This document shows positions 52,274-64,000 of a DNA stretch of 64,000 bases, piece by piece. The DNA is taken from positions 3,187,478 to 3,251,477 of the forward strand of contig MU008158.1 of assembly GCA_010909165.1 (NCBI GenBank), read 5' to 3'. Each line of letters starts with the position of its first letter. Position 1 is the stretch's first letter. Position numbers and translations under genes: made by a program. Source of the stretch: Anthoceros angustus (taxonomy: Eukaryota; Plantae; Anthocerotophyta). The notes under the pieces were generated by a model that saw only the letters and a list, made by a program, of their open reading frames with translations, had not been told where the DNA came from and ran no database searches.

Positions 52274-53517
52274 TGTGCGCGACTTTCGTGATAGCGGTAG
52301 CGCACAATCCGTGTCGTTGTAGGAAGAAGTCCGTTCCCAAAGGAATGATAGGCTCCGTTTGCGCGTTTGGTGATTCTTACCTCACTTTGCGCTCGTTAAC
52401 CTCACGCCTCCTAACTACTATAGCGTTCACCGTCTGAGGCCGGTATGGCCAAACGTTTAGGGACCCGTTCGCGTCCGTATCGTTCACATTCGTCACTCAC
52501 ACTTCCAGTCCTTTCCTCTCTCCACTCACGCTACACTCATCACTCATCAGTCTTAGGGAAAGACGCGCGGGTTACACAGTCCGGACCTCCTCCGTCGTTC
52601 CGCCGGGCCTCTCCGTCCGGGCTCTGCACGCCCTCCCGGAGTTCCTCCGGCTCACACGTTCCAGTCCGTTCGGTCTTTGGTGGCGGCTCCGACGAGCACG
52701 GGTCACCGATCACCCTTCCACGCACACCACAACACGTTAGGTCGTCACGGGACCACAGTCAATCTCCCGGGCTCGTGCACCTTTCGGTGACTCGGGACTC
52801 ACGTTAGCAAGAAGACACACAAAGGTGCGCAGGCGGCATCAACACCAAGAAAGATGATTTATTCGGCCTTAGCCCTCTTATACTCGCGGTCGGCGCCTTT
52901 ATTACCTCTATTACGGTGAGGCCATTTCGGTGTGCCTAACCACCGCCTACTATCCTCCCTATTCGCCTATCGCCGTCGGTGGTGGGGTGGATAGCCCCTG
53001 ATTCCTTCTTGGCACGGCCCAAAGCCGAGCCATTGCGGGCGCACCCAATCGGATGATCCGGCGGGCCCTTCCTCTTCAGTGCAGCCGGTGCGCCACCGGT
53101 AGCGGCGGCACAGCACCACCAAGTCTTCCTCGTCCTCCCCTCTTCTCTCTCTGGCGGGCCCTGCGATGGGCCCTCAAAATGGATCTGCTTGGGTGTTGGT
53201 GGCTCTCCCCACTCCCAGTTTGGACCTCGGGACCACATCTCGGCCTCGGGTCCGGACCTCTAGGTCCAGTCTTCCCTCAGGTCCGGTCTCACAGGCCGGC
53301 CTTCTTTACGAGTCAGGTCCTCGGGGCCGGACTTATCCGTTACCTTGTCGCCGCCATCGTAGGCCTAGGGTCGTTCCTCACTCCAGTCGGGTATACTCCA
53401 GTCCGTCGGATGCTAAGTGCTTATTTCCCCTTTTTCGCCTCATTTTATCCTTCGCTCCCACAAAAAAAACAAAATCCTACCTAATTTCTAACCCCCCAGG
53501 GAAGTCCGTAGTCCACA
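52274..53517 (-). repeat. Gypsy 5' LTR
   Basis: Colinear with 43888-45098, with the same termini (plus strand tgt at 52274, gtccgtagtccaca ending 53517). Confidence 0.9.
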
Positions 53518-54560
53518 TGTGCCCACGCTTGGGCAGCAGTTTCGTTCCATCCACTTGGTGGAGCATGGACCTCTCCAACCCAGCCAAGATAAGTTTCCTA
53601 GCCTTTTTGTCCAGTTTGTTCCAGTCGTCTACATCCTTTTGGTTTGAGCGGCGAGTTGGGGCGACCTTGTGCAGTTCCATTGGCGACTCCCATCAAGTGC
53701 GCCTCGTCAAGAATGGAGACCATTCTGACTACCCATGTGTCGTAGTCAGAACCATTAAATCTATCCCGGTCTTTTATGTCCACGTTGTAATTGTGGACTA
53801 CGGTTCCCATCTTGATATCTTTGAGGGGACTCGGCAAAACTCTTCAAGCTCTTATTGACGTCGGCTGAAGGTTAGCCTGCGCCGACTGAGTGTCGAGGGT
53901 GTTGGTGAATAGATTGACCTAAGAGCGACATCAAGGTCATTATCCTGGATTCTATTGATGATAGTCTAGGATGATGAGACCTTCAAACATGGTTATTCAA
54001 TTCATTTTGGCTATCCCAAAGATTGTCAAGACGTCTCGCAAGAATATGGACAGATTCTTGGAGAGTGTTAGTGTGTAGGAAATCACCCTGCAGTGATATG
54101 GATTGTTTCTTGATTTATTGGAGATGTAGATGATTCTAATTAGCTGATCCTTTGCGAAGAACACCAAGTGTTGTTAGTGCAACTGCTCCTGTTTACATGC
54201 ATCATGGAACATATGCGGATGGTCTTTGGAGACGGCGTGAGGGCAACATTGAGGAGAATGGTTGCCTCACAAGCTGTCTTCGGACTCTAAGTTCTAGGAA
54301 CTGAAATTTAAGAGCAGACTTGGATGAGTCATTCGGTTACCCTCAAGGAGGCAACGTGATTCAGATTGTCGTAATTGCCATTGTCGGTGTGGTCATACCA
54401 ACCTGCCAACCACATGAGGTTGTCTATGGCTTCTACCAAGAGGCATTCGATTAATTCCTCTCTTGTCCACTCTTCACCAAGATAGTGATAGAGTTTTATT
54501 CTTGCCATCAGTGTCAAAGATCATGGTTGCCCTGGGGCTCGATATCATGAGAAATTTGTG
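53518..54560 (-). mobile_element. Ty1/copia element B 5' part: gag N-terminus, leader, degenerate tRNA-iMet PBS and 5' LTR edge
   Basis: RFNGSDYDTWVVRMVSILDEAHL..DWNKLDKKARKLILAGL..MLHQV continues into 43887. PBS ca-TGATATCGAGCC (54536-54547) versus canonical TGGTATCAGAGC. Confidence 0.8.
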
Positions 54561-55126
54561 ATGATTACATTGACGATTGGCAAAAGCAAAATTATCAGCA
54601 GAGTCTTGTTCTGGTGTTCAAGTAGGTCTGATGAAGGGATGCAAGTGAAAACGATGTACTGTTGGTTCTTTGAGTGTGGCTGACTGTTTAAAAGGCGAAG
54701 CGTGCCCTAATCTTAAGTGCGTTCATCCCGTCAGGGGCCAGGTGCCCTAAAAAACCACGGCCTTGCCGCCGCACCCGCACTTGACCCTTGCCTTGCTGCC
54801 ATCGGGTCATGAAGCTACGCCGCGCCCGCCGAGGATGGAGGTCGTAGGGGCCCACGCGCGACGCCCCGTACCTGGAGGCAGACCCCAACGCTGCGCCCCA
54901 TACTTGGAGCTCTAGCAGCCGTGCTGACCCCTTGCCCCATAAGCCCTCCAGCTCGTACCGAGGGCGACCACCGCACACTTGTCTCTACCATTGCAAGCCA
55001 CAGGTACCTGCATAGACCACTGTCACCACCACGCTCCCGCCCCGCACTCCTGAGACACCTCGGCACACCGCGCTCCCAAATCGGACCATTGATCGCCTCG
55101 GCCCTGGACCTGACATTGCCGGGTTA

Positions 55127-55356
55127 AACAATGCTGGAACCCATTGTTCTAATTTCAACAATGCATTGGAACCCATTGTTGTAACTTCAACAATGCGTTG
55201 GAACCCATTGTTGTAACTTCAACAATGCGTTGGAACCCATTGTTGTAACTGCATCAATACGTTGGAACCCATTGTTGTAACTGCAACAATACGTTGGAAC
55301 CCATTGTTGTAACTTCAGCAATGTGTTGGAACCCATTGTTGTAACTTCAACAATGC
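55127..55356. repeat. 32-bp palindromic minisatellite x7.3 (aacaatgcgttggaacccattgttgtaacttc)
   Basis: Units start at 55127, 55157, 55189, 55221, 55253, 55285, 55317 and 55349, with no spacers. Confidence 0.95.
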
Positions 55357-56599
55357 AACAAGCATTGAGCGATGCCCTTCTTTGAAACTTATCAAACTGC
55401 AGGCAAGATTGAGCCGCTATGTAACACAGTAGGCACGTGCAACGCCGTCTCCGAAACAGATTGGCGAGACAGGTATCTTCCTATCGTTTCACGCCATCTA
55501 TGATTGGTTACGATAGTCTTTATGTAAAAGACCTCAACTGTATCTGCATAATAATACAAGAGCTTGGAAGTTGACGTGCATACCGCGATTCCCACCACTA
55601 ACCAAGCACTAGTGCATGCCTAGATCTCGCATTTGTGCCAAAATTGGCAGTGCAGTAGCCGTGGACGGCGACCCTCGTCCCTGGGAAGACATGCGTCGCC
55701 AACAATTGGGTCCATCCGCATGTGTGAACCACGCTGGAACATAACGACAGCTACCCTTCCAGCAATCGCATGGCCTAAACTCGAAAGGGTGGTAACGAAA
55801 CAGCTCTACTTCTTGGCCTCAGCACCCATACCAGCACCATTTCCTTTTTTACGCGAGGCTGTAGGTTTGGGATGGTGGCATCTTGTAGACGACAATTTTC
55901 ACCAGAGGAACACGTCAAGCACCACGCTAAATCACGGCAACTCAGTGACCGAACTCCATTTCAGCAGTTCTTCGATCCAATCACAATCCCAAAAGTAATT
56001 ACTGGATGGTACAAGTGAAAATCTGCCCTCGAGATGAACTTGGGCTACTTGCTTTTCTTTCGAGTGTGGAACACAGTCTCAGATGGTTTGAAGAACGACT
56101 CCAGCCTGCGTCATGCAACATTGACGAATGAAACATCAGGGGAAAACGCTGAATACAGCTTCGTATCCACCGAAAGCAGTGGAACAACCAGTTAATCACC
56201 GGCCCTGTGACGACTTATTTTTCGCAGCCCACGCATTTCAGCAGTTCAAACATCTCAGGATGGCTCAGAGAAAAACCTGCTTCATTGTCCAACACAGATG
56301 CTACTCAGCTTTCTCTCCAGCCTGTCGACATATTGCACGATAGAAGCTGAAAAGGCGGCTCTGAAAAAGGCAATTAGGGGACAGCACGACCATATGATAG
56401 CATGTTTACCTCTTGGGCTTGTTAAAGATTGTCGGTTGCGTCCTCTCTTCTCGCTTATCTGCCTAGGGGAACAAGCAATAGGTGAGAAAAATCCGTAATT
56501 CGATGCAATGATGAAACATGTGAACCATCCGGGCATAGGCTAGATCCAGTTTTCACCTTTTGCTGAACTCCTTTTCTTCAAGTCTGGTGGGTTCCCATC

Positions 56600-57605
56600 A
56601 AAAACATAACTACAAGCAACCATGAATTGAGTATGGCAGCTAAGCGCAGGTTGGCACTCGCACCGGCTTCATCCCAGATTCCAGCAGTCCGATAGTCCTG
56701 TTAAACATGCCCTGCAAATGGCTGCGGAAAACAGTGCTCAGAGGATCGAAGACACTAACATCGACAACGAAAACGCAGAGTAGCACAGGGGGAAGCGTGA
56801 TCGGAGCTAATTCCTGACAACTGCACAGGAGCGGCGAGAAATTTCAATATACCTGGTAACTTCACCAGCCTCATTGGTGAGCATTTCAGTCCCCGTACGT
56901 ACCACCACTCTCCGGTTGGTATGGCACAGTCTTCGCCTTTAACGCAGACGAAGGAAGTGTTTGATTGACATGCGGCGCACTTATCATCCTTCCAAAGGTA
57001 GTTTGACAGTCGTTGTTGATTTCCACCACCTGGTTGCAGAAAGCTGTTGGACTCCACCGGATTTGCAGGCAAACCTACTCCCTCCATCCGTCCAGTCCAG
57101 GAAGGAAACCCACAAGCTACTTACCAGAGTCAGACTGGTGACGATATAAGAATCGTTAGCCACAAACTTAACAAACGATGCAGCTGCTGAACGGTGTTCT
57201 TTTCCTGCAGACAAGAACAACAACAAAAAGGCTCAGAACGAGACAGTATGTTGCAGCTGGTCACATCCTCGAAAACAGCAACAACCGCACAGACCGGCGT
57301 GAGATCGGTGTAGTTTATGGTGAGCAAGGTGATCTCGTCCACCTTGGGACGAAACACAGCAATAACAGCTCCGGCAGACAACTCCTGAAATCTGGAGTCG
57401 CAAGGGGAGGCTCGAGTATCATTGTCGTAGAAGCTTCCGTTGCTTCCGAAGGCGAGACCAAAGGTGAAGCCATCGGTTTTCTGCACTTTGCTATCATTGC
57501 AAGGGCCGTACACACCGTTCTGGTTTCTGGCGTGGACCATGGGAGCCCGACCGCAGCTACTGCCAGCACAAGCACGAGGATCCCTCCCCTTTCCAACATT
57601 CCCAT
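56600..57605 (-). CDS. Secreted Cys-rich conserved plant protein, At3g44150/Expp1-like (frameshifts/deletions as assembled; may be a pseudogene)
   Basis: Signal peptide MGMLERGGILVLVLAVAAVG, then NGVYGPCNDSKVQKTDGFTFGLAF..SPCDSR..AVFRPKVDEITLLTIN, FVANDSYIVTSLTL, LWKDDKCAAC..SFVC..DCAIP and ILNSW. 3' end approximate. Confidence 0.75.
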
Positions 57606-57961
57606 GTCTGCTGCAAAAAGCCTGCACAGCGGCCCGCCTCCTGCCACCGTCCAAACCTCAAGACCTGCCTTGCGCCGCCAGCTGCTCCCTGTGCACCATG
57701 GCTCGTGACACAAAGCGTGCCGATGGCAGCTGCGCAACAAACCCACGCCACAGCCGCAGCTGCAAGGTCTCAGCTAGGTCCAGTCTAGTCCTCACTCCTG
57801 TGCCAAGGGCGATGCACCACAAGAATCCCAGCAGCGTGCCAGCCTTTCCATCCACCTTCAAACGCGCTCCGACTGCCGTTACAGTTTAACCCTGGCATTT
57901 ATATCGGTTGTCGGAAACGTCAGGAAGAGTGACGCCAGATCGAGAGGCTGCGTTGGCGGGA

Positions 57962-60322
57962 ATGGCGTTGCGCATGCGTTCGCTGCAGCGGGCTACGCTG
58001 CCCTCACATCTCCTCGATTACCCTTCCCCTGCATACCCTTATTCGCGTCGCCTGGCAGTGCATGTAGGCCTCTTCTTACCCCTCGCGGCTTGCGCTTTAC
58101 AACTTCGTAGTACTTGGGTGGGCGGGCTAGCCAGCCAGCCAGCTCACATTCATGTGGTCCACAGGTTGACAGGGAAGGCAGCTTGTGCACTGCTTACTTC
58201 GCTTCCGGAATCCATCTTTATGGCTTCGAGGTAGGACTCTTCTCCCTTCTCTTCTCTACAGGGCAGTTGATGGGACTGCTGACAGGACACTTCCAGTTTT
58301 GCAGGCACCTCTATCCGGTGCTGCTGTTCAGAAAGGGAAGGAGGACTTGCTCGTTCCTACAGTGACACAGGTTTTCTTGGTTCCTCAGAGTGTCTGGTTC
58401 TTGTATGCTATGCTCGTGATCGTCTGGGTGACAGAAAAGAGCCTACATGTGGATGCCCTTTCCCTGTTGGTTTTCTTGTTTGGGTGACTTTATTCCAATT
58501 GATGTTGGTCACAGAATCTGGAGGCGTGGGCACTTGATCAGTATTCCCACCGTGCTGAAATACAGAGTGTGGCACTCACGGGATGTTCCTGTAAGCTTTG
58601 CTTCTTTTGCTGTATTCCCTTGGGTCTGCCCTGCCCGCAAAGATTTTAATCGCCATGTTCACTGTTTGTCCTGGTACAGATGATGGAGGGCTTATGCTCG
58701 GCTCTGTGGACTCTTATGGGTGCCTCATGGTTAATCATCTCGATGTCCCTACTCAAGGTTGCTTCTGCTGGTGGACAAGTTCCTTTTGTTTTCTAGCTTT
58801 CGCACCTTCTCAAACAGATATTTGTGAATTCCATTTGCTCCAGGTTACACTGTCGTAACCCAGGATGCTGGAGTGGGAGAAGGCAGCTGGGCTGGCCTAG
58901 CCTTTGCTGACGGCCAACCCACGCTGGTAAGGCCTTTGTCCACATGTGCACTTCTTGTTTCTGAGGCATTAGGCTTTATATTATTGCGCTGACTTTGTGC
59001 CCTCAGTTCAGGCTGTTGTTGCACGGGGCTTTGCAAAGACCATCGATGTCTATGACAAGGATATCCATGTTCGCACTCTGCGCACGTAAGTTGGTAAGCT
59101 GTGACCTTACTGCACCTGGTGTTGAAATGTACGAATTTGCTACTTCTGCATTTGTCCTCCAAACTGGTACCAGTTTCTATCTGGTTGTTGGTTATCAGCC
59201 TCCAGCAACCAGCAGCGCTCACGTTTCTTCGGGGTGGCCTTTTTGGCTCGGGCTTTTCTTCCACATTGGCTGTTGCAGAGGGTCCTCAGGTGCGATCATC
59301 ACTGTCGTAGATACAGCATGCATAAATCTTGTGTTCTTTGTTTGTCCGCCACCGAAGTGGAATGCACATTGCAACATTAATGCTGGTGCATCCATAGTTG
59401 TTGACGCAGTTCGATTTCCTTCGTTCTTCCTTTCACTTGTGCAGTTGACTGTTTGGGACTTAAGAGCAAGGGAAAGGGGAGGATTGGTGCAAACCGTTGT
59501 CGGTGCTTACAGTGGACACCCCCTCTATGCCCTCAGTAGCTCCTGCAATGGACTGTTGGCTGCTGGAGGTGCATGTCGCACTGCAGCAGTGATTGATCCC
59601 CGAAGGTGCGGATGGTCATGGTTTGTGTCCTTTACAGCAAACCCCACGTGCCATACGTTGTTGGCTGGAAACCCCACGAAGCTGGTGGCTAACCTTCTAG
59701 CACTATATGGTAGGTGGAGTGCATCAGCGCGGTGGACAAACTGCTTGAAGTATGAGGTAACCTTGTGTTCATGATGAAAACAACCACTATGGATGTTGGT
59801 ACCATGGCATCACATCAGTCGCCATTTTCAGCTCGATGATTGTTGAATGCGTGTTGGCAGATTATGGGTCTTTCGTTCTCAGGAGTTGATCCTAATTATC
59901 TCTATGTTCACGGTCTTGACTACGAGGTAATTGATCCTCAGCCTCAATTTTTCTGCATGTCAGCCGACAGAAGAGATCAGATGCACTGATGCCCCCGGTG
60001 ACTTACTTGCAGACGGTTTGTGGGCGATGGAATCCAGTAGGAGGCAAAATGGGCCAGTTGTTTGGTTTTCGGGGTGACTCACGGTGGCTCAGCTTGGAGA
60101 CGACAACTTGCGCTGTAAGCTTCCTGAACCCAGGATTCAAGGTGGCATGGTGAGATTGAAACACTGGCATGGCTTATGGCTCATGCCTGACGCCTTCCTT
60201 CCATTGTCCGTTGGCAGAACGCAAAATCGGACGTCCTTGTCGGGTGGTGCGAGTCTGGAAGCGTCTTCGTGGGTGAAAGTGTTCAGCATCCTGCCGGAGG
60301 ATGCCAAGGATATGCTTCCTAG
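57962..60322 (+). CDS. Conserved plant WD40/beta-propeller-like protein (multi-exon)
   Basis: GT-AG exons give MALRMRSLQRATLPSHLLDYPSP..RLAVH|VDREGS..|..QKGKEDLLVP|..HRAEIQSVAL|..LGSVDSYG|..GVGEGSWAGLAF|..KTIDVYDKDIHVRTLR|..LAVAEGPQ|LTVWDLRARERGG..DPRR|WSASARWTNCLKYE|IMGLSFS..GLDYE|..FGFRGDSRW|..LVGWCESGSVF..*. Confidence 0.85.
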
Positions 60323-60744
60323 AGCACCAATTGGCTCCTCACCTCACGAGCATATAAAACACACTCACGTGTACAGCTGTCGCTGTGGCGGCATTTGATA
60401 TTTCTTTCCGTGTGGCAGCCGGAAAATCTGACACTGTCCGTCTCACGGTTCCACTAGGTCTTTGCAAGCCTTTTCCGAATTTATGTCCCCAAATGGTGAA
60501 GATGATAATGCCTATATCAGACGTGGCAGCTGCCGAGAGCTCATGTCCAATCCCCATTCCTCTCCGGGCAATCAAAATCAGACGCCGTCTAATCTGCAAC
60601 TCTTTCCTTCCTAAAAGCCGATACGAACCCTGAGAGTCCCAGGTCAGACGAGGCTTTCAAGCGGTGGCACCGCAACGCAGTGCTGAGGATCGCGCTACGA
60701 GTAGCTGGTCTCCATCTTGCAAGCGTGCAGCCGCCGTCAGCGCC

Positions 60745-63081
60745 ATGGCGGGTACCGAAGGTGTGAACGTTGTTGCCCATCCTCCTCTCCGTCGATGCTC
60801 ATGGATTCCGGGTCCTCTTGTGCTGCTCGTTCTGCTCTTGCGCCTCCAGCAGCTAGGTTGCGCAGTTTTCGCAGAACCTTGGGCGGCTTCTGTCTCGCCG
60901 GCTGCCTGTGTTGAGGATTCTGGGTGTATGTACACTGTTGCGGTGCATCGGAATCGTTGCTGGTCCATCTTTATGGCTACCGTCATGTCGGCAGGCCGGG
61001 GCCGATCCATCTCTTGGTTCTCATCCGTGAATTCCTCGTCGTGGGAGGATTTTCCTCAGCTGTCAGATGATTTCTTTGAACTACAGCTTCGAGGATTAGC
61101 TGCCAATTTGGCCATGGGTTTTGCTTACGAGATTCTTGCTTCGCCGCTTGCTGGCTGTGGCAGATAGGAGTTAGGTTATTCGATCGCTTTTGTGCGCCTG
61201 GCATTCTGACTTGGACTTGCTGGGCCGCAGCTCAGTGGTAGAGTTGGAAGTGCAGATTGCGATGTGCGATGGCTTGAGAACCGAGAAAAGTGGTGATTGA
61301 AGTTGAAGGCGAATCATATTAATTCCTGTGCTGGCTTTCTATTCACAGGAAAGCCCGAGACCAGTGACTCCAGTGTCGTGACAAATGAAGGAAACTCGGC
61401 CTCCCGTGAGGCCTCCAGGGCTCCGTCTGCTGCTGCAGAACAGCCTTCAGTGGCGTCAAATCCATTCGACTTCTCTGCAATGACGGGACTTTTAAATGTA
61501 AGTCTTGGTCCGTGAAGATAGGTGATGTCTGCTAGTTCTGCTCTACGAGGATGAGCCTGGAAACGAATCTTTAATCGCCCTGTGGTTTAAGCTTCCAGCT
61601 GTGCGTTTATGATCGGACTTGTTGCTCACTCGGCCCGAAGTAGACTTAGTCATCCTAACTCAGTTGTATGTTCTATTTAAAGGATCCGAGCATCAAAGAG
61701 ATGGCAGAGCAGATTGCGAAGGACCCGGCATTCAGCCAGATGGCACAGCAGCTGCAACGATCGGTGCACACTGTTGGGACAGATGGTGTTCCTCAACTTG
61801 ACTCCAACCAGTACATAAACGCAATGCAACAAGTTATGCAAAACCCTCAGTTTATGACCATGGCTGAGCGCCTTGGGAACGCACTCATGCAGGTGAGGCG
61901 TGGTCCGACTGTTGCTATCTCACTAGTTGTGGCGTGTGGATGGTCTTTCTTATGGAGTTTTGTTTTACTTTCAGGATCCAGCGATGTCTGGTATGCTGCA
62001 AAACATATCAAATCCTGCAAACAAGGAGCAGCTTGAGGCCCGTATGGCACAGGTCAGAGAAGATCCAACTCTCAAGCCCGTGCTTGAGGAGATTGAGACT
62101 GGAGGCCCAGCAGCCATGATGAAGTATGTGGCAAAGTCGAATTCGTGGGTTTGTGTGTTTTCTCGTTTCTGTGTTGTCTGTGTCTCCAGGCTCTTCCCGG
62201 GTGGTTTCTTGATTGAAACCTTTCTTGTCGACATCTTGTAGGTACTGGAATGATCCTGTGGTGCTCAGCAAGCTAGGGCGAGCTATGGGTGTTGGTGCTC
62301 CTGGTGCTGAAGGCATGCCGTTTGCTTTGCCCACGGATGGTGCTCTGGACGAAGTTGATGATGCTGGAGAAGAGGAAGAAGATGAGCTCACTGTCCATCT
62401 TACAGCTAGCACCGGAGATGTTGAGGTATTCCTTCTCATCTCTGTAAGAACGGTTCTAACAATTCTCTGCCCTGCTTTCTGGTTTGCAGACCCATGTTTC
62501 TTCTGAAAATGGGGTCTGTCATGTTTGGTGAACAGGCCTTGAAGACCCTTCTTGCTGGCGGTGCCAATAAGGATGAGAAAGACTCTGAAGGCAGGACAGC
62601 TCTGCATTTCGCCTGTGGTTATGGTGAAGTAAGTTTTGCACTTCCCCTTGTTATTCCGGTGCTGGTGAGGTAGCAGATCCGTTGTTCCTATTTGCCATCT
62701 TTGCCTCTGACATGGTAGTTGGATTGCTGTGTTCGGCTCACAGCTTCAGTGCGCTGAAGTTCTACTGGAGGCTGGAGCAGCTGTGGATGCCCTTGACAAG
62801 AACAGCAACACTGCTTTGCACTACGCAGCTGGTTATGGGCGCAAGGAATGTGTTGAGCTGCTGCTCAAGAACGGGGCTGCGGTGTAAGTGAAACCTGTAG
62901 TGAAACACAGGTTTCATGAGTGTCCTTCATTGCATGTGAGTTTTTACTTAGTGCCTGAGACTCCGTATTTTCTGAATGCAGAACCTTGAGGAACTTGGAC
63001 AACAAGACTGCTATTGATGTTGCTAAGCTCAACAACCAAAAGGATGTCTTGAAGCTGCTAGAGAAAGACGCCTTTTTGTGA
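60745..63081 (+). CDS. AKR2: Ankyrin repeat domain-containing protein 2 (membrane-protein chaperone), 8 exons
   Basis: [13 protein letters not shown]|[35 protein letters not shown]|[13 protein letters not shown]|YWND..|..[16 protein letters not shown]|..[24 protein letters not shown]|..KLLEKDAFL*. Confidence 0.96.
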
Positions 63082-63622
63082 GAAGTGTAGCTATCACGGT
63101 CACGGAGATTCCCGGTGAAGGGCGTTACGTAGGTAGCTGTATTGGTTGACATAAAAACGCACATGGGTGTCCAATTTCTGAAAAACAGTACATTACTCAT
63201 TCACTCAACTTCTGTCTGGACAGAGTCCGGTTTGGCTGCCGATTCTACTTGAACTTCGTGTGCCGACCAAGCGTCGGTCGCATGTCACTCCATCGATGGC
63301 ACTTCAGAAGTAGCGAAACATGGGATACATCTAAATGCTGGGGACACGGAAAACGTAGACCATTGCCGGTCTTAGCTGCCAGCAGCCCTGATTTGGATTG
63401 TTGAATTATTTATCATGTGTGCTTAATACCCACACAGAGCCCTAATTCGCATATGTTATCACTTTTTGAGGAAAAGTGTGAACTTCGCTGGCTCTGAAGT
63501 GCTGTCTTGCTCCGCTGGACATCGTCTTCAACTTGACCTTTGGTCAGCCAAGTTATTCGGTCGTGGGATCACCCTATAAATTCGCGGTGTTCCCTCAGTT
63601 CATCCACCCGGGAAGCAACGGA

Positions 63623-63998
63623 ATGGGGGCTTTGTGCTCTTGCTTCCGGGGGGACCAGGACGCCGATCGGGAGGCAGAGCAGGCAAGCATTGCTGATGCT
63701 AGAGCCAAAGCAGCAGAAGCAGCACAGAAACGGTGTGGGCTGCTTGTCTCTTAGTCAAGTGTGTTAAGTTGAATTCTGGATTGAGTCAGGAGCAATCTGG
63801 CACTTGCACTAGGCAGGTTAAGGTTATCAAGGTGCGATGACGACAAATGCGTGAGTATTCTGTAGACTGAATGTGGGTTTACTGATTGACAGGCTTGATG
63901 CTTTCGACAAATCTCCTGGAGGGAAAGCTGCTCGAAAGGCTATCGAAGCTGCATCAAAACCTGCTCCTCCTCCGAATCGAGGCGAGCCCGCTCTCCGG
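63623..63998 (+). CDS. Small N-acylated protein, SVIP (small VCP/p97-interacting protein)-like; runs off window
   Basis: MGALCSCF..ARAKAAEAAQKR|LDAFDKSPGGKAARKA..GEPALR|gt. Exons 63623-63732 and 63893-63998, with an N-terminal MG..CxC acylation motif. Confidence 0.75.
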
Positions 63999-64000
63999 GT

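Larger units (their letters stand above)
43888..53517 (-). mobile_element. Ty3/gypsy LTR retrotransposon (~9.6 kb, non-chromovirus type) nested in copia B gag
   Basis: Two ~1.2 kb LTRs (TG..CA). gag ~51500-52060, protease VPLDTGSGVNLI (~50100), RT (RKLNAATEKDHFP, EGILLGHRVSGRGIEVDQDKV), RNase H (RWILLQEF), integrase (PFEKWGIDF, WMGPY). No chromodomain seen before the PPT. Confidence 0.95.

Noticed and set aside
55127-55356. CRISPR array (32-bp palindromic repeats)
   Set aside because: The repeats are contiguous with no unique spacers, there are no cas genes, and the context is eukaryotic.

Overview
Eukaryotic nuclear DNA from a compact, gene-dense land-plant genome. Short GT-AG introns of about 80-150 bp and a nuclear MinE1 suggest a non-seed plant such as a hornwort or Selaginella (inference). 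Repeats are full of 1-2 bp indels while single-copy genes are mostly clean, which points to a long-read assembly whose repeats are poorly polished. Bases 1-16 kb are a head-to-tail array of a ~3.06 kb unit. Each unit carries a divergent papain-family (C1A) cysteine protease gene whose catalytic domain has no introns (consensus Q..CGTC / H / NSWG) plus the distal ~480 bp of a neighbouring antisense Ty1/copia LTR. The array exits into that copia 3' LTR and RNase H, itself duplicated over 1.8 kb. Further right are a MULE-like remnant (SWIM-like and Ulp1-like), an At1g19010-family gene, GDSL lipase and ACC-synthase-like pseudogenes, MINE1, NRPB12, a Harbinger-like fragment and a CRE-clade non-LTR retroelement fragment. 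A second copia element is split by a ~9.6 kb Ty3/gypsy element. The window ends with a 32-bp palindromic minisatellite and the genes At3g44150/Expp1-like, WD40-like, AKR2 and SVIP-like. The most notable structure is the amplified protease-LTR cassette.
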